Assembly: GCA_045585895.1 (NCBI GenBank)
Contig: JAZMZI010000011.1
Location: forward strand, 8,468 to 72,467
Source of the DNA: Eubacteriales bacterium
GTDB taxonomy: Bacteria; Bacillota; Clostridia; Oscillospirales; CAG-272
Direction: 5' to 3'
Length of the DNA stretch: 64,000 nucleotides
Below are positions 29,001 through 35,542 of this stretch, in pieces; position 1 is the stretch's first letter, and each line of letters opens with the position of its first letter. The notes under the pieces are model-generated. The model was not told the DNA's origin. It made no database searches and saw only the letters and a list, made by a program, of their open reading frames with translations. A program made the position numbers and the translations under genes.

Positions 29001-29345
29001 TAAAGAGCTTTGATCCTTAGGCTTGGTGGTTTCTTCGGGAGCGTTAGTGTCGCTACCTTCGGGAGCGTTAGTGTTACTGCCTTCGGGAGCGTTAGTGTCA
29101 CTGCCTTCGGGAGAAGTGTTGCCGTTCGGAGTTGAGGAGCTGTCTCCGTTTGCGGATGTGGTGCTGCTTTGATCGTTACCGCTCTCACTACCTTCGCTGT
29201 TCTGATTGGTAGTAGAGGTTACGGATCCGCTATCGGTACCGCTGCTTTGTTCGGGATCGGAGGGGTCGTTGCACGACGCCAAAACTCCGAGGATCATAAT
29301 AAAAGCTACGATCAAAGAGATAGAGGAAATTAGCTTTCTTTTCAT
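23079..29345 (-). CDS. Very large (2088 aa) predicted surface lipoprotein with repeated modules and Asp-box motifs; function unknown
   Basis: Signal peptide with lipobox (ILGVLASC). Ser/Thr/Asn/Gly/Glu-rich linker with PEGS(D/N)TNA repeats. Central ~1100 aa unassigned. C-terminal (X-Y)(X-Y)Y modules. SxDxGxTW Asp-boxes YSIDGGKTW (x2) and TADGGQTW. RBS GAAAGGAA. Confidence 0.9.
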   Translation of the reverse strand: MKRKLISSISLIVAFIMILGVLASCNDPSDPEQSSGTDSGSVTSTTNQNSEGSESGNDQSSTTSANGDSSSTPNGNTSPEGSDTNAPEGSNTNAPEGSDTNAPEETTKPKDQSSLEVQNDTLVQMSNSLANGVQAYFTDASRTHYSIQNLEMTMNYARSYKAPQLVESIKNTQGVPYIQNTMDVFVRMNSGNTYYASGSTKSAEANLYRFGYYYYQGLFEFQNFAAKEYNLGDPNHINLRTQFTSSYKQQIQPNYVRDANGDIIKDENGIITYFYEILEPEEGKSADPYFSFKNNFSYATADNNAIVIVAKTVGSTTGAQFWVDTGNDFDPTQSTNIYFVNDGEFHAYYISLDKLPGYTDATTLKGIRFDPNGEVGDGLVIQSITLGKAMDYPASLSINRHFHVYSNKMHHAIQFAVTQRTEDIKEVGMLTEIATSTVSKLMIVTKDDKTYTSLDAGFSWDDVVAVGFDVTEAGIFGFILPDDPAAGNIKVTEKDGMYVIEQTRTPVLADGTEGVIIPSINTEKKDENDNYIHADGVKNNGNDFYLAQRVYTDENHDFAEFLKETGFERHPLISQRVSISEFNSDGASFDRYDPIRGIYILKIATPIGGFYAPYNNPQKNYKVNFQIRSDIDRDIYIMTSGSSGLLECATLMDKDMMLLPVPIEVIKNFSEATGERNLYNIDDPTFSEAIFCLSLSQNVRYTYTLINLYQNWGNFPLKQLSQIPFHCPYYHLSTGVTETNCILPWLGMVNVGKTNSSTLPDFRSMSAPYWKSQPQHNSSGAHTWLKYTDADGNTYMSECKENIITSYGPTYAEVVWHNLSDDGKIKITYTHMEMPQTDENRTYYTMEYEFLEDLTINNFKDNFVFYEVTDNNPEGTYKKIGYLDENNEYQVIDSNQDETAVPEKILGDDCPYFSFFMMPDWYRDNGSAEGYSNVAFLIYNSSFKIGGVDKDYNFLIKNPKDYVSLTLNEAGTIEFKAGDKITINAILLPWGSQEYEDDPANRLNAPHSTGYTEYTYSTVLPDGTLYMDKNVRDVRENTLLNPLTATSTTDEVLDSPFLPKIKSKDGKTATFTISGGINNVTIRVYGFEKLTNPKVEILDENGNWVEYVISSKNNPVHGLYHYYDGYMVNYDEDGTYSYSFVTDMTNAESKTFRVSAYEDFAGWPSDPTAPENENLLNIYTDPEELQSTISAMGHFFSKVEMHEFEDAPGTFYASVYVSSNKDIGESYCTLYDSEAKDNMGQYLVVKYRVPNTNSEPVSGFQFFTSTTTNNATEAGNFSYTPVMDGEWHVVVFDLSKAGLNSYIADGSGNYTTRLLRFDIFNKSFNDPDVHIDFAYIGIDSDLREICKLEEGKFETIDFVEGGQTNKLNVETAEVIIKTYLDPESGYTQSTLAYGSVLDYINGVKPGASSAGSKGGGVTTINGIKLPETKTLFVQGWCCVEGGIQKYVYSIDGGKTWKDCAGTPIDVTTANNDAILTTAEGKAGPSGFQFSDREASRTNGRFQNDNGLTIDLNGVEGKVDVIFAAVPVKEPTSLVLLFCMEEINCSEKPAPVDTAFDHNDIAEKVNGLSFFGSSEVKNENGVDYVDIYGKVGTTEKPIPEAYVTLFTSLSSAETGKYLVIKYRVPSDNKESVGNFQFFTSTAGTTVVGSECFNHSLVEDGEWHVEVIDLSKISTLKFTSGSDGTYSAKFLRFDIFNKEFTNEDTHINIAYAGIYASIEDICEMEKGGVDTLTLFEGSKQTKIDVNTATAQNPYLDPSSGYTVATDVPFASAIDYINGVYINKGNNSSENGVTVINGCTVSRVGTLLLQGWCCADGGVEKYVYSIDGGKTWTQLIGTADSAGDAVYNAAQSRSGVTFADQVNSRTNGSFQAGSSGKGLTIDLSAQSGSIDITVAAVPKAATDKLILLYVLEEVNCDFVSILDENSEYEEILIDFGSQVDSVNEAANIKANGSAMTMPSYTSVTTYQFTNKGTTYDYAVRLKGWSVVEGGVSKYVWTADGGQTWNDCQGHWYEASDAMITSGSNKSNVPLTNDATTKKNGGWQGDGLIIDLSAYKDSTEPLDIYVCAVLDGSTDKVIVLYHLDDVTITPVQ
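23600..25700 (-). repeat. Intragenic tandem duplication: two ~1.12-kb (~374-aa) module copies, plus a third partial Y module at 23079-23600
   Basis: An identical 21-mer GGTACTGGTAAAGAACTGGAA occurs at 24426-24446 and 25548-25568, giving a 1122-nt period. Protein pairs: VSGFQFFTSTT/VGNFQFFTSTA, GEWHVVVFDLSK/GEWHVEVIDLSK, LLRFDIFNKSF/FLRFDIFNKEF, QGWCCVEGGIQKYVYSIDGGKTW/QGWCCADGGVEKYVYSIDGGKTW. Confidence 0.85.
29043..29122 (-). repeat. 24-bp in-frame tandem repeat (3.3 copies) encoding PEGS(D/N)TNA
   Basis: CTTCGGGAGCGTTAGTGT(C/T)(G/A)CT(A/G)C at 29043-29066, 29067-29090 and 29091-29114, with a partial fourth copy. Confidence 0.9.
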
Positions 29346-29408
29346 AAGAGTTGATTCCTTTCGTACAAATTGCCAAATGAAAGCTGTATTTTTTGGCTGT
29401 TCATATAC

Positions 29409-29437
29409 ATTATAACATATAATTTATAATATTGCAA
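29409..29437 (-). promoter_or_regulatory. Sigma-70-type promoter of the giant lipoprotein gene (TTGCAA-N17-TATAAT)
   Basis: On the minus strand, TTGCAA at 29432-29437, 17-nt spacer, TATAAT at 29409-29414, about 65 nt upstream of the ATG at 29345. Confidence 0.5.
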
Positions 29438-29646
29438 TATACAATCAATATAAAATTTTCGCTTTTACTTGCACATTTTCCGTATTTTATGCACAATATT
29501 GCTTTTTTATATCAAGAAATACTCGGTGATTTTACATACAAAAAGACGTACCGTAAGCGACTTTGCCACGATCGCTTTTGATACGTCTCAGATTTATAAG
29601 TTTTATCGTTTGAAATTTTTTGCAGCGCACGGGGCGGCTTGTAAGA

Positions 29647-32109
29647 TCAATTAAAATCAAATACCGCCTTGTCGCCGTCTATCTTAAGTTTTGCGCTAAA
29701 ACTTTTACCGCTTTTGGATACGAATCCGCCCAAAACGGGTGTCGTACTCGATGAAAGCAGTATTTGCGCCTCAAAAACCGAGATGGGGCGGTTGCATAGC
29801 TCTCCGCTGATGCGGAATTTACATCCGTCTTTATAACCGAGACATCCGTAATCGTATTTCCCGCGGATGACGTTTTTGCCGCAGATAGGGCATGAACCCA
29901 CGATAGCGCCGAGCATTTCGGTCTCTGCAGGTCTTTTGCGTTCTGACTTTTTCTTTTCAAAATTTACTTTGCCGTCCTCAAGCACCAATCGGCTTGTAAA
30001 ACTGCTTCCGTCCTTTTTTGATTTGAAGCCTTGAATCTCGGAGGTCTTGCCTTCACTTAAAAGCAGGGAAGCGTTGGTCAGCGATATGGCTCTGCCGCAG
30101 ATGAAGCTGCCGAATTTGAACTTGCACCCGTCCTTATAACCCGAACAACCGTAGCCGTATCTGTCTCTGGTTACGTCTTTGCCGCAAAGAGGACATTTTC
30201 CGACTATGTCTCCGTAAAATCCCGTATCGGTATCAAGCTCTATTTCTTTGGGCGTTCTGTCAAAGACCTCGGAGATCTCCGACTGTGCCTGCCCTACGGA
30301 ATCCTTTACGGTTATATCTCCGCGGTATACCTTTTTGAGAGCCTGACCCAGTACGCTGGTCTTGTATTTGTCCATGGAAATGTTCATTTGAGACAATTGC
30401 TCAATGAGATATTCGCCGCCGGGGAGAATGGTGTAAACGTCCTTTTTGAGGTCGATGTATCCCGATTTTCGCGCGTTATCTATGATGCCCGTTCGCGTCG
30501 CCTCGGTTCCAAGCTCCAGACCCTCGAATATAGCTCGGTAATCCTCGTCGTCGTTTTCCGGATCGTCGGGAAGGGCAGAAGTGTCTTGCGCGTCGGCTTT
30601 TTCTTTCTCCGCCAGTGCCGCTTTATCCTCTCGGAAGGGGTTTTTCAGATAGTTGTTAAGGGTCTCAATGGTATAATGACGGGGAGGAGAAGTCTGCTTT
30701 TCGGTGGGAACGAAACGGATATTGACCTCGTCACCTTTTTCAAGCCGTGGCAGTATTTTATCCTTTCTCTCGGAGTCGTCGAAACGCAAAAATCCGCGTT
30801 GAAGGATTATCATTCCCTTGAGAGTAAACTGCTCGAATCCGCCCACGTCGATGACGATCTCGGTCTTTTGCGCAATACATTCTTCCTCGCAGAAGACCGA
30901 CACGAAACGTCTGAATACCGTCTGATAGACCTGCATTTCTTTTTCGGAGAGCTGATCTTTTTTCGGTATTTTGTAGGTAGGGGTCAGCGCCGAATGGCTT
31001 TCTATTTTTGAGTCGTCAAAAATTGTCTTTTTATCCTTGAAAACCACGGGATATCCTACGTTTTTTACCCCCTGGATTATCTTTTTGATCTTGTCCTTCT
31101 CGTTGGTTGCAAGATATTCGGAATTGGTACGGGGATAGGTCAAAAATCCTTCTTCGTAAAGCTTTTGAACTATAGCCAAGCTTTCCGCCATAGACATCTT
31201 GTATTTCTTTCCGAGAAGACTTTGAAGCTTTGAGAGAGAGAAAAGCTTGCCGGGATTAACCGTCTCTTTTTTTGTCTTTTTTGAAATGACGACGGCGCGG
31301 CTTGAATTGTATTTTTCGCAAAGTGCCTCAGCCGATTCACGCCTATCCTTGTCGAATTTTTCGCGGCTTTGAAGCTCTATTTCCTCGCCGTTCGTTTCTT
31401 CCTTTGAGACGGGAGCGTAATAAACGTCGGGGACGAAATTTCTGATCGCCATATCTCTGTCGTATATTGCCCTGACGATCGGAACGATAACTCTGCCTAC
31501 TCTCAAGAGAGTGCCGCTTTTAAGCGTTGCGTATCTTGTGAGATTTACCCCGTAGAGCCAGTCGATATAAGTTCTTGCGAATCCCTCGTTGGCAAGATTT
31601 TCATATTCGCTTTCGTCCTTCATTTCGGACAGCGCCTTGCAGACGGTCTCGGGTGTCTGGTCGGGCAGCCAGAGACGCTTGAAGCTCTTGCCGCTTGCGA
31701 GGACTCCCGTATTCATAACGCAAAGACGAATGATTATCTCGCCCTCTCGGTCAGAGTCTCCCGCGTTTACGATGGTGTCTACGTCGGGGCGCAGGCACAG
31801 ATATCTGATAGTATCAAATTGCTTTTCGACTCCCGCGTCGGCTTTTTTGTCTGCGCCGAGCCGTAATTTGTACCTGAACTCTTCTGGGAAGCAGGGTAGA
31901 GAGTCGAGCGTCCATTTGGCGTTTGCGTCTCCTCCCGTGTAATCTTCAACGTCGCATAAAGAAAAAAGGTGACCGAACGCCCACGTTACCACGTAGTCGC
32001 CACCTTCAAAATATCCGTTTCTTTTAGCCATGGGCGCGCCGCCGCCTTCGGTTATGCCTGCAACGATATTTCTTGCAAGACTCGGTTTTTCGGCAATAAT
32101 TAAGATCAT
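29647..32109 (-). CDS. topB: DNA topoisomerase III with two C-terminal 4-Cys zinc-ribbon repeats
   Basis: Toprim N-terminus MILIIAEKPSLARNIVAGI, DSDREGE. C-terminal repeats CPLCGKDV..GCSGYKDGCKFKF and CPICGKNV..GCLGYKDGCKFRI. The ATG at 32109 has a GAGG RBS. The track extension to 32301 runs into the fakB promoter. Confidence 0.9.
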   Translation of the reverse strand: MILIIAEKPSLARNIVAGITEGGGAPMAKRNGYFEGGDYVVTWAFGHLFSLCDVEDYTGGDANAKWTLDSLPCFPEEFRYKLRLGADKKADAGVEKQFDTIRYLCLRPDVDTIVNAGDSDREGEIIIRLCVMNTGVLASGKSFKRLWLPDQTPETVCKALSEMKDESEYENLANEGFARTYIDWLYGVNLTRYATLKSGTLLRVGRVIVPIVRAIYDRDMAIRNFVPDVYYAPVSKEETNGEEIELQSREKFDKDRRESAEALCEKYNSSRAVVISKKTKKETVNPGKLFSLSKLQSLLGKKYKMSMAESLAIVQKLYEEGFLTYPRTNSEYLATNEKDKIKKIIQGVKNVGYPVVFKDKKTIFDDSKIESHSALTPTYKIPKKDQLSEKEMQVYQTVFRRFVSVFCEEECIAQKTEIVIDVGGFEQFTLKGMIILQRGFLRFDDSERKDKILPRLEKGDEVNIRFVPTEKQTSPPRHYTIETLNNYLKNPFREDKAALAEKEKADAQDTSALPDDPENDDEDYRAIFEGLELGTEATRTGIIDNARKSGYIDLKKDVYTILPGGEYLIEQLSQMNISMDKYKTSVLGQALKKVYRGDITVKDSVGQAQSEISEVFDRTPKEIELDTDTGFYGDIVGKCPLCGKDVTRDRYGYGCSGYKDGCKFKFGSFICGRAISLTNASLLLSEGKTSEIQGFKSKKDGSSFTSRLVLEDGKVNFEKKKSERKRPAETEMLGAIVGSCPICGKNVIRGKYDYGCLGYKDGCKFRISGELCNRPISVFEAQILLSSSTTPVLGGFVSKSGKSFSAKLKIDGDKAVFDFN

Positions 32110-32294
32110 TTTTCGCCTCGTACGATATATTACTTCGTTTATTCTATCATATTTTGAAAAAAATGTCAACCGAGACGGGAAAATATGAACAAAATATGCC
32201 CGTGTTCTCAACTTGGCAATATAATATGTGTAAATTGACCTACCGAGGGCAATAATTTTTGTTGGATTTGATTTTACAATATTTTCTCCAAACC

Positions 32295-32323
32295 TTGACA
32301 TATTGACGAAAATATAGTATAAT
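32295..32323 (+). promoter_or_regulatory. Perfect consensus sigma-70 promoter (TTGACA-N17-TATAAT) for fakB/fakA
   Basis: TTGACA at 32295-32300, 17-nt spacer, TATAAT at 32318-32323. Confidence 0.6.
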
Positions 32324-32413
32324 AAACTGAGGTATGTTTGGATGTATGCAAATATTCGGTTTGATTTTTGCGCCCAAACGCCGGTCTTATTAAAATGAAA
32401 GAGTGCGTTTTTT

Positions 32414-33274
32414 ATGGCTGAATACGTAATTTTTACCGATTCTGCAAGCGATCTTCCCGCATCCGTTGCCGACGGGTTGGGAGTGAGAGTTATTCCGCTT
32501 GAGGTGAATATGGAGGGTGAGCTGAAGCTTAATAACGAGATCGACGTTAAAGAGTTTTACGCTTATCTTCGCTCAAAGCACGGCGCAACGACCTCTGCTG
32601 TCAATATGGACAGATTCATGGAGGAGTTCGACGCCGTCCTGTCCCAAGGCAAGGACGTTCTTTATATCGGATTTTCCTCGGGACTTTCGGGTACTTATAT
32701 GGCGTCGAGAAACGCCGCTGAGGAGTTAGCCGAAAAATATCCCGACAGAAAAATAATCGTAATCGATTCGCTCTGCGCGTCTCTCGGAGAGGGACTTCTC
32801 GTAAAGCTTGCGGCAGACAGAAAGAATGCGGGCGACGATATCGACACCGTAGCGGCGTACGCCGAGGAGACTAAGAAGAATCTTGTTCACTGGTTTACGG
32901 TTGAGGATCTTTTCTTCTTGAAACGCGGCGGCAGAGTTTCGGCAACCACGGCGGTGGTTGGAACTATGCTTCAGATAAAGCCTATCCTTCACGTCGACGA
33001 CGAAGGAAAGCTTATCAGCATGGATAAGGTTCGCGGCAGACAGGGTTCGATCAAGGCGCTTTTCGATAAGATGAAGGCGACGGCTACAGACCCCGCAAGT
33101 CAGACCGTGTTTATAAGCCACGGAGATTGCTACGACGACGCAAAGAAGCTTGCCGATATGGTAAGTGAAGAGCTTGGCGTCACCGATGTGCTTATCAGCG
33201 AGATAGGACCTGTCATCGGAGCCCATTCGGGTCCCGGAACGGTGGCTCTGTTCTATATCGGAACCGAGAGATAA
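32414..33274 (+). CDS. fakB: DegV-family fatty-acid-binding protein (FakB-type)
   Basis: MAEYVIFTDSASDLP..., 286 aa, typical DegV N-terminus and size. Adjacent to a DAK2-domain FakA-like gene. Confidence 0.85.
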   Translation: MAEYVIFTDSASDLPASVADGLGVRVIPLEVNMEGELKLNNEIDVKEFYAYLRSKHGATTSAVNMDRFMEEFDAVLSQGKDVLYIGFSSGLSGTYMASRNAAEELAEKYPDRKIIVIDSLCASLGEGLLVKLAADRKNAGDDIDTVAAYAEETKKNLVHWFTVEDLFFLKRGGRVSATTAVVGTMLQIKPILHVDDEGKLISMDKVRGRQGSIKALFDKMKATATDPASQTVFISHGDCYDDAKKLADMVSEELGVTDVLISEIGPVIGAHSGPGTVALFYIGTER

Positions 33275-33344
33275 TAAGAAGTTTAAAAGCAAAAAACATT
33301 ATAAATTCAAAGCTTGCCTATTTCGGCAGAATGGAGATTTTTTA

Positions 33345-35012
33345 ATGGGTATTACAGGAAATGTCTATCGCAGTATGGTTCTTTCCGGAGCCGCAATACT
33401 CAGCGATAAGAAGGAAGAGATCAATAATCTGAACGTTTTCCCCGTTCCCGACGGAGATACGGGAATCAATATGAGCCTTACTATGAGCACCGTAGGAAAG
33501 GCAGAGGAGGGACTTCCCGTAGGAGTATGTGCCGACAAGGTCGCCGCTCTTATGCTCAGAGGCGCAAGAGGTAACTCTGGCGCTATCCTCTCGCTGTTTT
33601 TCAGAGGTATCGGCAAGGCACTCAAGGGCGTGGATGAGGCAGGCTCCAAGGAGCTTGTAGACGCGTTCAAGAGAGGAACGACGGAGGCGTACCGCGCGGT
33701 AATGAAGCCCACCGAAGGAACTATCCTTACCGTTATGAGAGTTGCGGGAGAGGAGGCAGAGAAGGCTTTCCTTGCAAATAAGCGCATCAGCGTCAAAAAG
33801 CTTTTCGAGGTCCTTCTTCAAGGAGCGGAGACCGCTTTGGCTCAGACCCCCGAAATGCTCCCCGTTCTTAAGCAGACGGGAGTAGTGGACGCGGGCGGCG
33901 CAGGCTTTGTTTGCGTGCTTCAGGGTATGCAGATGGCGCTTGAGGGCAATCCGTACGTTATGGTCAACGCCGCCGCAAGCGAGAGCGACGCGCCTGCAGA
34001 GCCTGAGGGAGCAAACTTCTCGGATTTCAATACCGAGGATATTAAATTTGGCTATTGTACCGAGTGTATAGTTGATAAAAATGAAAAGTACGCAGGCGAA
34101 GATACGTCGGGCGAGCTTTACGAGTTTATAAAGAGCATCGGAGACAGTGCGGTATTTGTGGATGACGAGAGCATCATCAAGCTCCACATACATACCAACG
34201 ATCCCGGAGCGGTTCTCACGAAGGCCATACAGTTTGGAAGTCTTGCTACCGTTAAGATCGAGAATATGAGAAATCAGCATACCGCTCTTACGGGTGAGGC
34301 TGCTGCCATTACTCCCGCAAAGGAGGAAAAGAAGGAAAAAGCGGTGGCTATCGAGAAGAAGTACGGATTCGTCAGCGTATGTATGGGCGACGGTATTGCG
34401 GAGATGTTCAGAGATATCGGAGTCGACAATATCATCACGGGCGGTCAGACTATGAACCCCAGCACGCAGGATATTATCGACGCGGTTCTGAAAACTCCCT
34501 CGGAATACGTTTTCGTTCTGCCCAATAATAAAAATATATGTATGGTAGCCCGTCAGGCTGCTGAGATCATAAGCGAGAGAAAGGTAGTGGTGATTCCTAC
34601 CGAGACCGTTCCTCAGGGCGTATCCGCAATGATCGCGTTCAACCCCGACGCAGAGGTAGACGCGGTAGAGAAGGAAATGAACTTCGCGTGGAAGATGGTC
34701 ACTTCCATGTCGGTCACCTATGCCGTCAGAGATACCGAGCTTGACCGTTTCAAGATCCGCAAGGGACAGTATCTCGGATTGGTCGAGAACAAGATCGCTT
34801 GCGTTACCGACGACAGTATGGCTTGTATGAAGCAGCTCTGCCGCGGAATGACGGGAGCGAGCTTCGTAACCGTATTCTACGGTGAGGGCGTTACCGAGGA
34901 GACCGCAAACAAGGTCGCAAAGATGATCTCCGATAAGGTCGGCGGCGGTTGCGAGGTCGCGGTGCTCAGCGGCGGTCAGCCCCTCTACGACTATATCATA
35001 TCCGTTGAATAA
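33345..35012 (+). CDS. fakA: DAK2-domain protein, YloV/FakA-type fatty acid kinase subunit
   Basis: 555 aa. N-terminal Dak2-like segment NNLNVFPVPDGDTGINM. Size and architecture match YloV/FakA. Paired with a DegV gene. Confidence 0.85.
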   Translation: MGITGNVYRSMVLSGAAILSDKKEEINNLNVFPVPDGDTGINMSLTMSTVGKAEEGLPVGVCADKVAALMLRGARGNSGAILSLFFRGIGKALKGVDEAGSKELVDAFKRGTTEAYRAVMKPTEGTILTVMRVAGEEAEKAFLANKRISVKKLFEVLLQGAETALAQTPEMLPVLKQTGVVDAGGAGFVCVLQGMQMALEGNPYVMVNAAASESDAPAEPEGANFSDFNTEDIKFGYCTECIVDKNEKYAGEDTSGELYEFIKSIGDSAVFVDDESIIKLHIHTNDPGAVLTKAIQFGSLATVKIENMRNQHTALTGEAAAITPAKEEKKEKAVAIEKKYGFVSVCMGDGIAEMFRDIGVDNIITGGQTMNPSTQDIIDAVLKTPSEYVFVLPNNKNICMVARQAAEIISERKVVVIPTETVPQGVSAMIAFNPDAEVDAVEKEMNFAWKMVTSMSVTYAVRDTELDRFKIRKGQYLGLVENKIACVTDDSMACMKQLCRGMTGASFVTVFYGEGVTEETANKVAKMISDKVGGGCEVAVLSGGQPLYDYIISVE

Positions 35013-35036
35013 TAGTAGTGAAAGAATAAATAAACG

Positions 35037-35070
35037 AAAAATGCTCCGTTTCAAGCGGAGCATTTTTGTA
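35037..35070 (+). terminator. Intrinsic terminator of fakA
   Basis: ATGCTCCG (35041-35048) / CGGAGCAT (35056-35063), flanked by an A-run and a T-run. Confidence 0.75.
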
Positions 35071-35117
35071 TGAATTTTCTTTGTTATGAGAATATGAGAA
35101 TAAATATAACTTGACAC

Positions 35118-35146
35118 TTGACAAGCATAGATAAAAATGGTATAAT
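35118..35146 (+). promoter_or_regulatory. Perfect consensus sigma-70 promoter (TTGACA-N17-TATAAT) with no downstream protein gene
   Basis: TTGACA at 35118-35123 (a second overlapping TTGACA lies at 35111-35116), 17-nt spacer, TATAAT at 35141-35146. Confidence 0.55.
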
Positions 35147-35152
35147 TCCCCT

Positions 35153-35226
35153 GCGACACAATTTAATATTTTGAATTTATAGCTAAGTAGGCATTTTTAC
35201 TCTGTAAAAATGCCTACTCCTTTTTT
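35153..35226 (+). ncRNA. Candidate small RNA (~70 nt) from the consensus promoter to the first terminator
   Basis: Predicted transcription start near 35153. Terminator hairpin GTAGGCATTTTTA (35187-35199) / TAAAAATGCCTAC (35205-35217) followed by TCCTTTTTT. No ORF or RBS. Confidence 0.3.
35187..35226 (+). terminator. Intrinsic terminator (13-bp perfect stem plus T-run)
   Basis: See the coordinates in the candidate small RNA entry above. It sits at the apex of a larger nested palindrome (35153-35267). Confidence 0.7.
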
Positions 35227-35290
35227 GCATACTTGGCTTAAATTCAAAGTAGAGAAAATTGTGTCGCATCAATCGGAGCGCGTGTTTTTG

Positions 35291-35322
35291 GTGCGTAGCT
35301 TCGGCTGCGCACTTTTTGTTTT
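35291..35322 (+). terminator. Second intrinsic terminator
   Basis: GTGCGTAGC (35291-35299), TTCG loop, GCTGCGCAC (35304-35312), then TTTTTGTTTTT. Confidence 0.65.
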
Positions 35323-35339
35323 TCATTTTCTACCATTGC

Positions 35340-35462
35340 TATGACCTTGAAACAGTATATTACACGGGAACTGCGGAAGAATGGGCGGCAATCGGCATTG
35401 GTTCAGGTAACGATTATCTCAAAAACGCCAGTATAATTTACAACTGCGTTCCCGAAGAATAA
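35340..35462 (+). pseudogene. 3' remnant of a cell-surface repeat-protein gene (BspA/leucine-rich-repeat-type C-terminal tail)
   Basis: Translates to DLETVYYTGTAEEWAAIGIGSGNDYLKNASIIYNCVPEE*. From memory, this resembles the conserved tail (..YYxGTxEEWxxIxIGxGNxxLxxAxIxYN) of clostridial LRR surface proteins. There is no credible start, and the upstream frame runs through a terminator. Confidence 0.45.
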
Positions 35463-35469
35463 ACAATAT

Positions 35470-35502
35470 CCCCGACGTCGGTCGAGTTGATCGGCGTCGG
35501 GG
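35470..35502. repeat. 33-nt hairpin repeat, family A, copy 2
   Basis: CCCCGACGTCGGTCGAGTTGATCGGCGTCGGGG. One A/G difference from 14261-14293. Confidence 0.85.
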
Positions 35503-35542
35503 GTATCTTTAATTAAAAAAACGTTGTTCAAGAAGCCTTTAT

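Noticed and set aside
29043-29122. CRISPR-like array
   Set aside because: The units are directly abutting 24-bp repeats without spacers, inside a coding frame. No cas genes are present. This is a coding tandem repeat.
32110-32301. N-terminal 64-codon extension of topB (track start 32301)
   Set aside because: The extension overlaps the perfect consensus plus-strand promoter at 32295-32323. It precedes the canonical Toprim start MILIIAEKPS, which has its own GAGG RBS.
33342-35159. 605-aa minus-strand ORF overlapping fakA
   Set aside because: Antisense to the DAK2/FakA gene. It also extends through the fakA terminator and the orphan consensus promoter, which is implausible for a real gene.
35259-35462. 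67-aa ORF as a genuine small protein or type I toxin
   Set aside because: It has a TTG start with a weak RBS, and the frame runs straight through an intrinsic terminator (35291-35322). Only the last ~40 codons look protein-like and match the tail of a larger surface-protein family. It is treated as a gene remnant.
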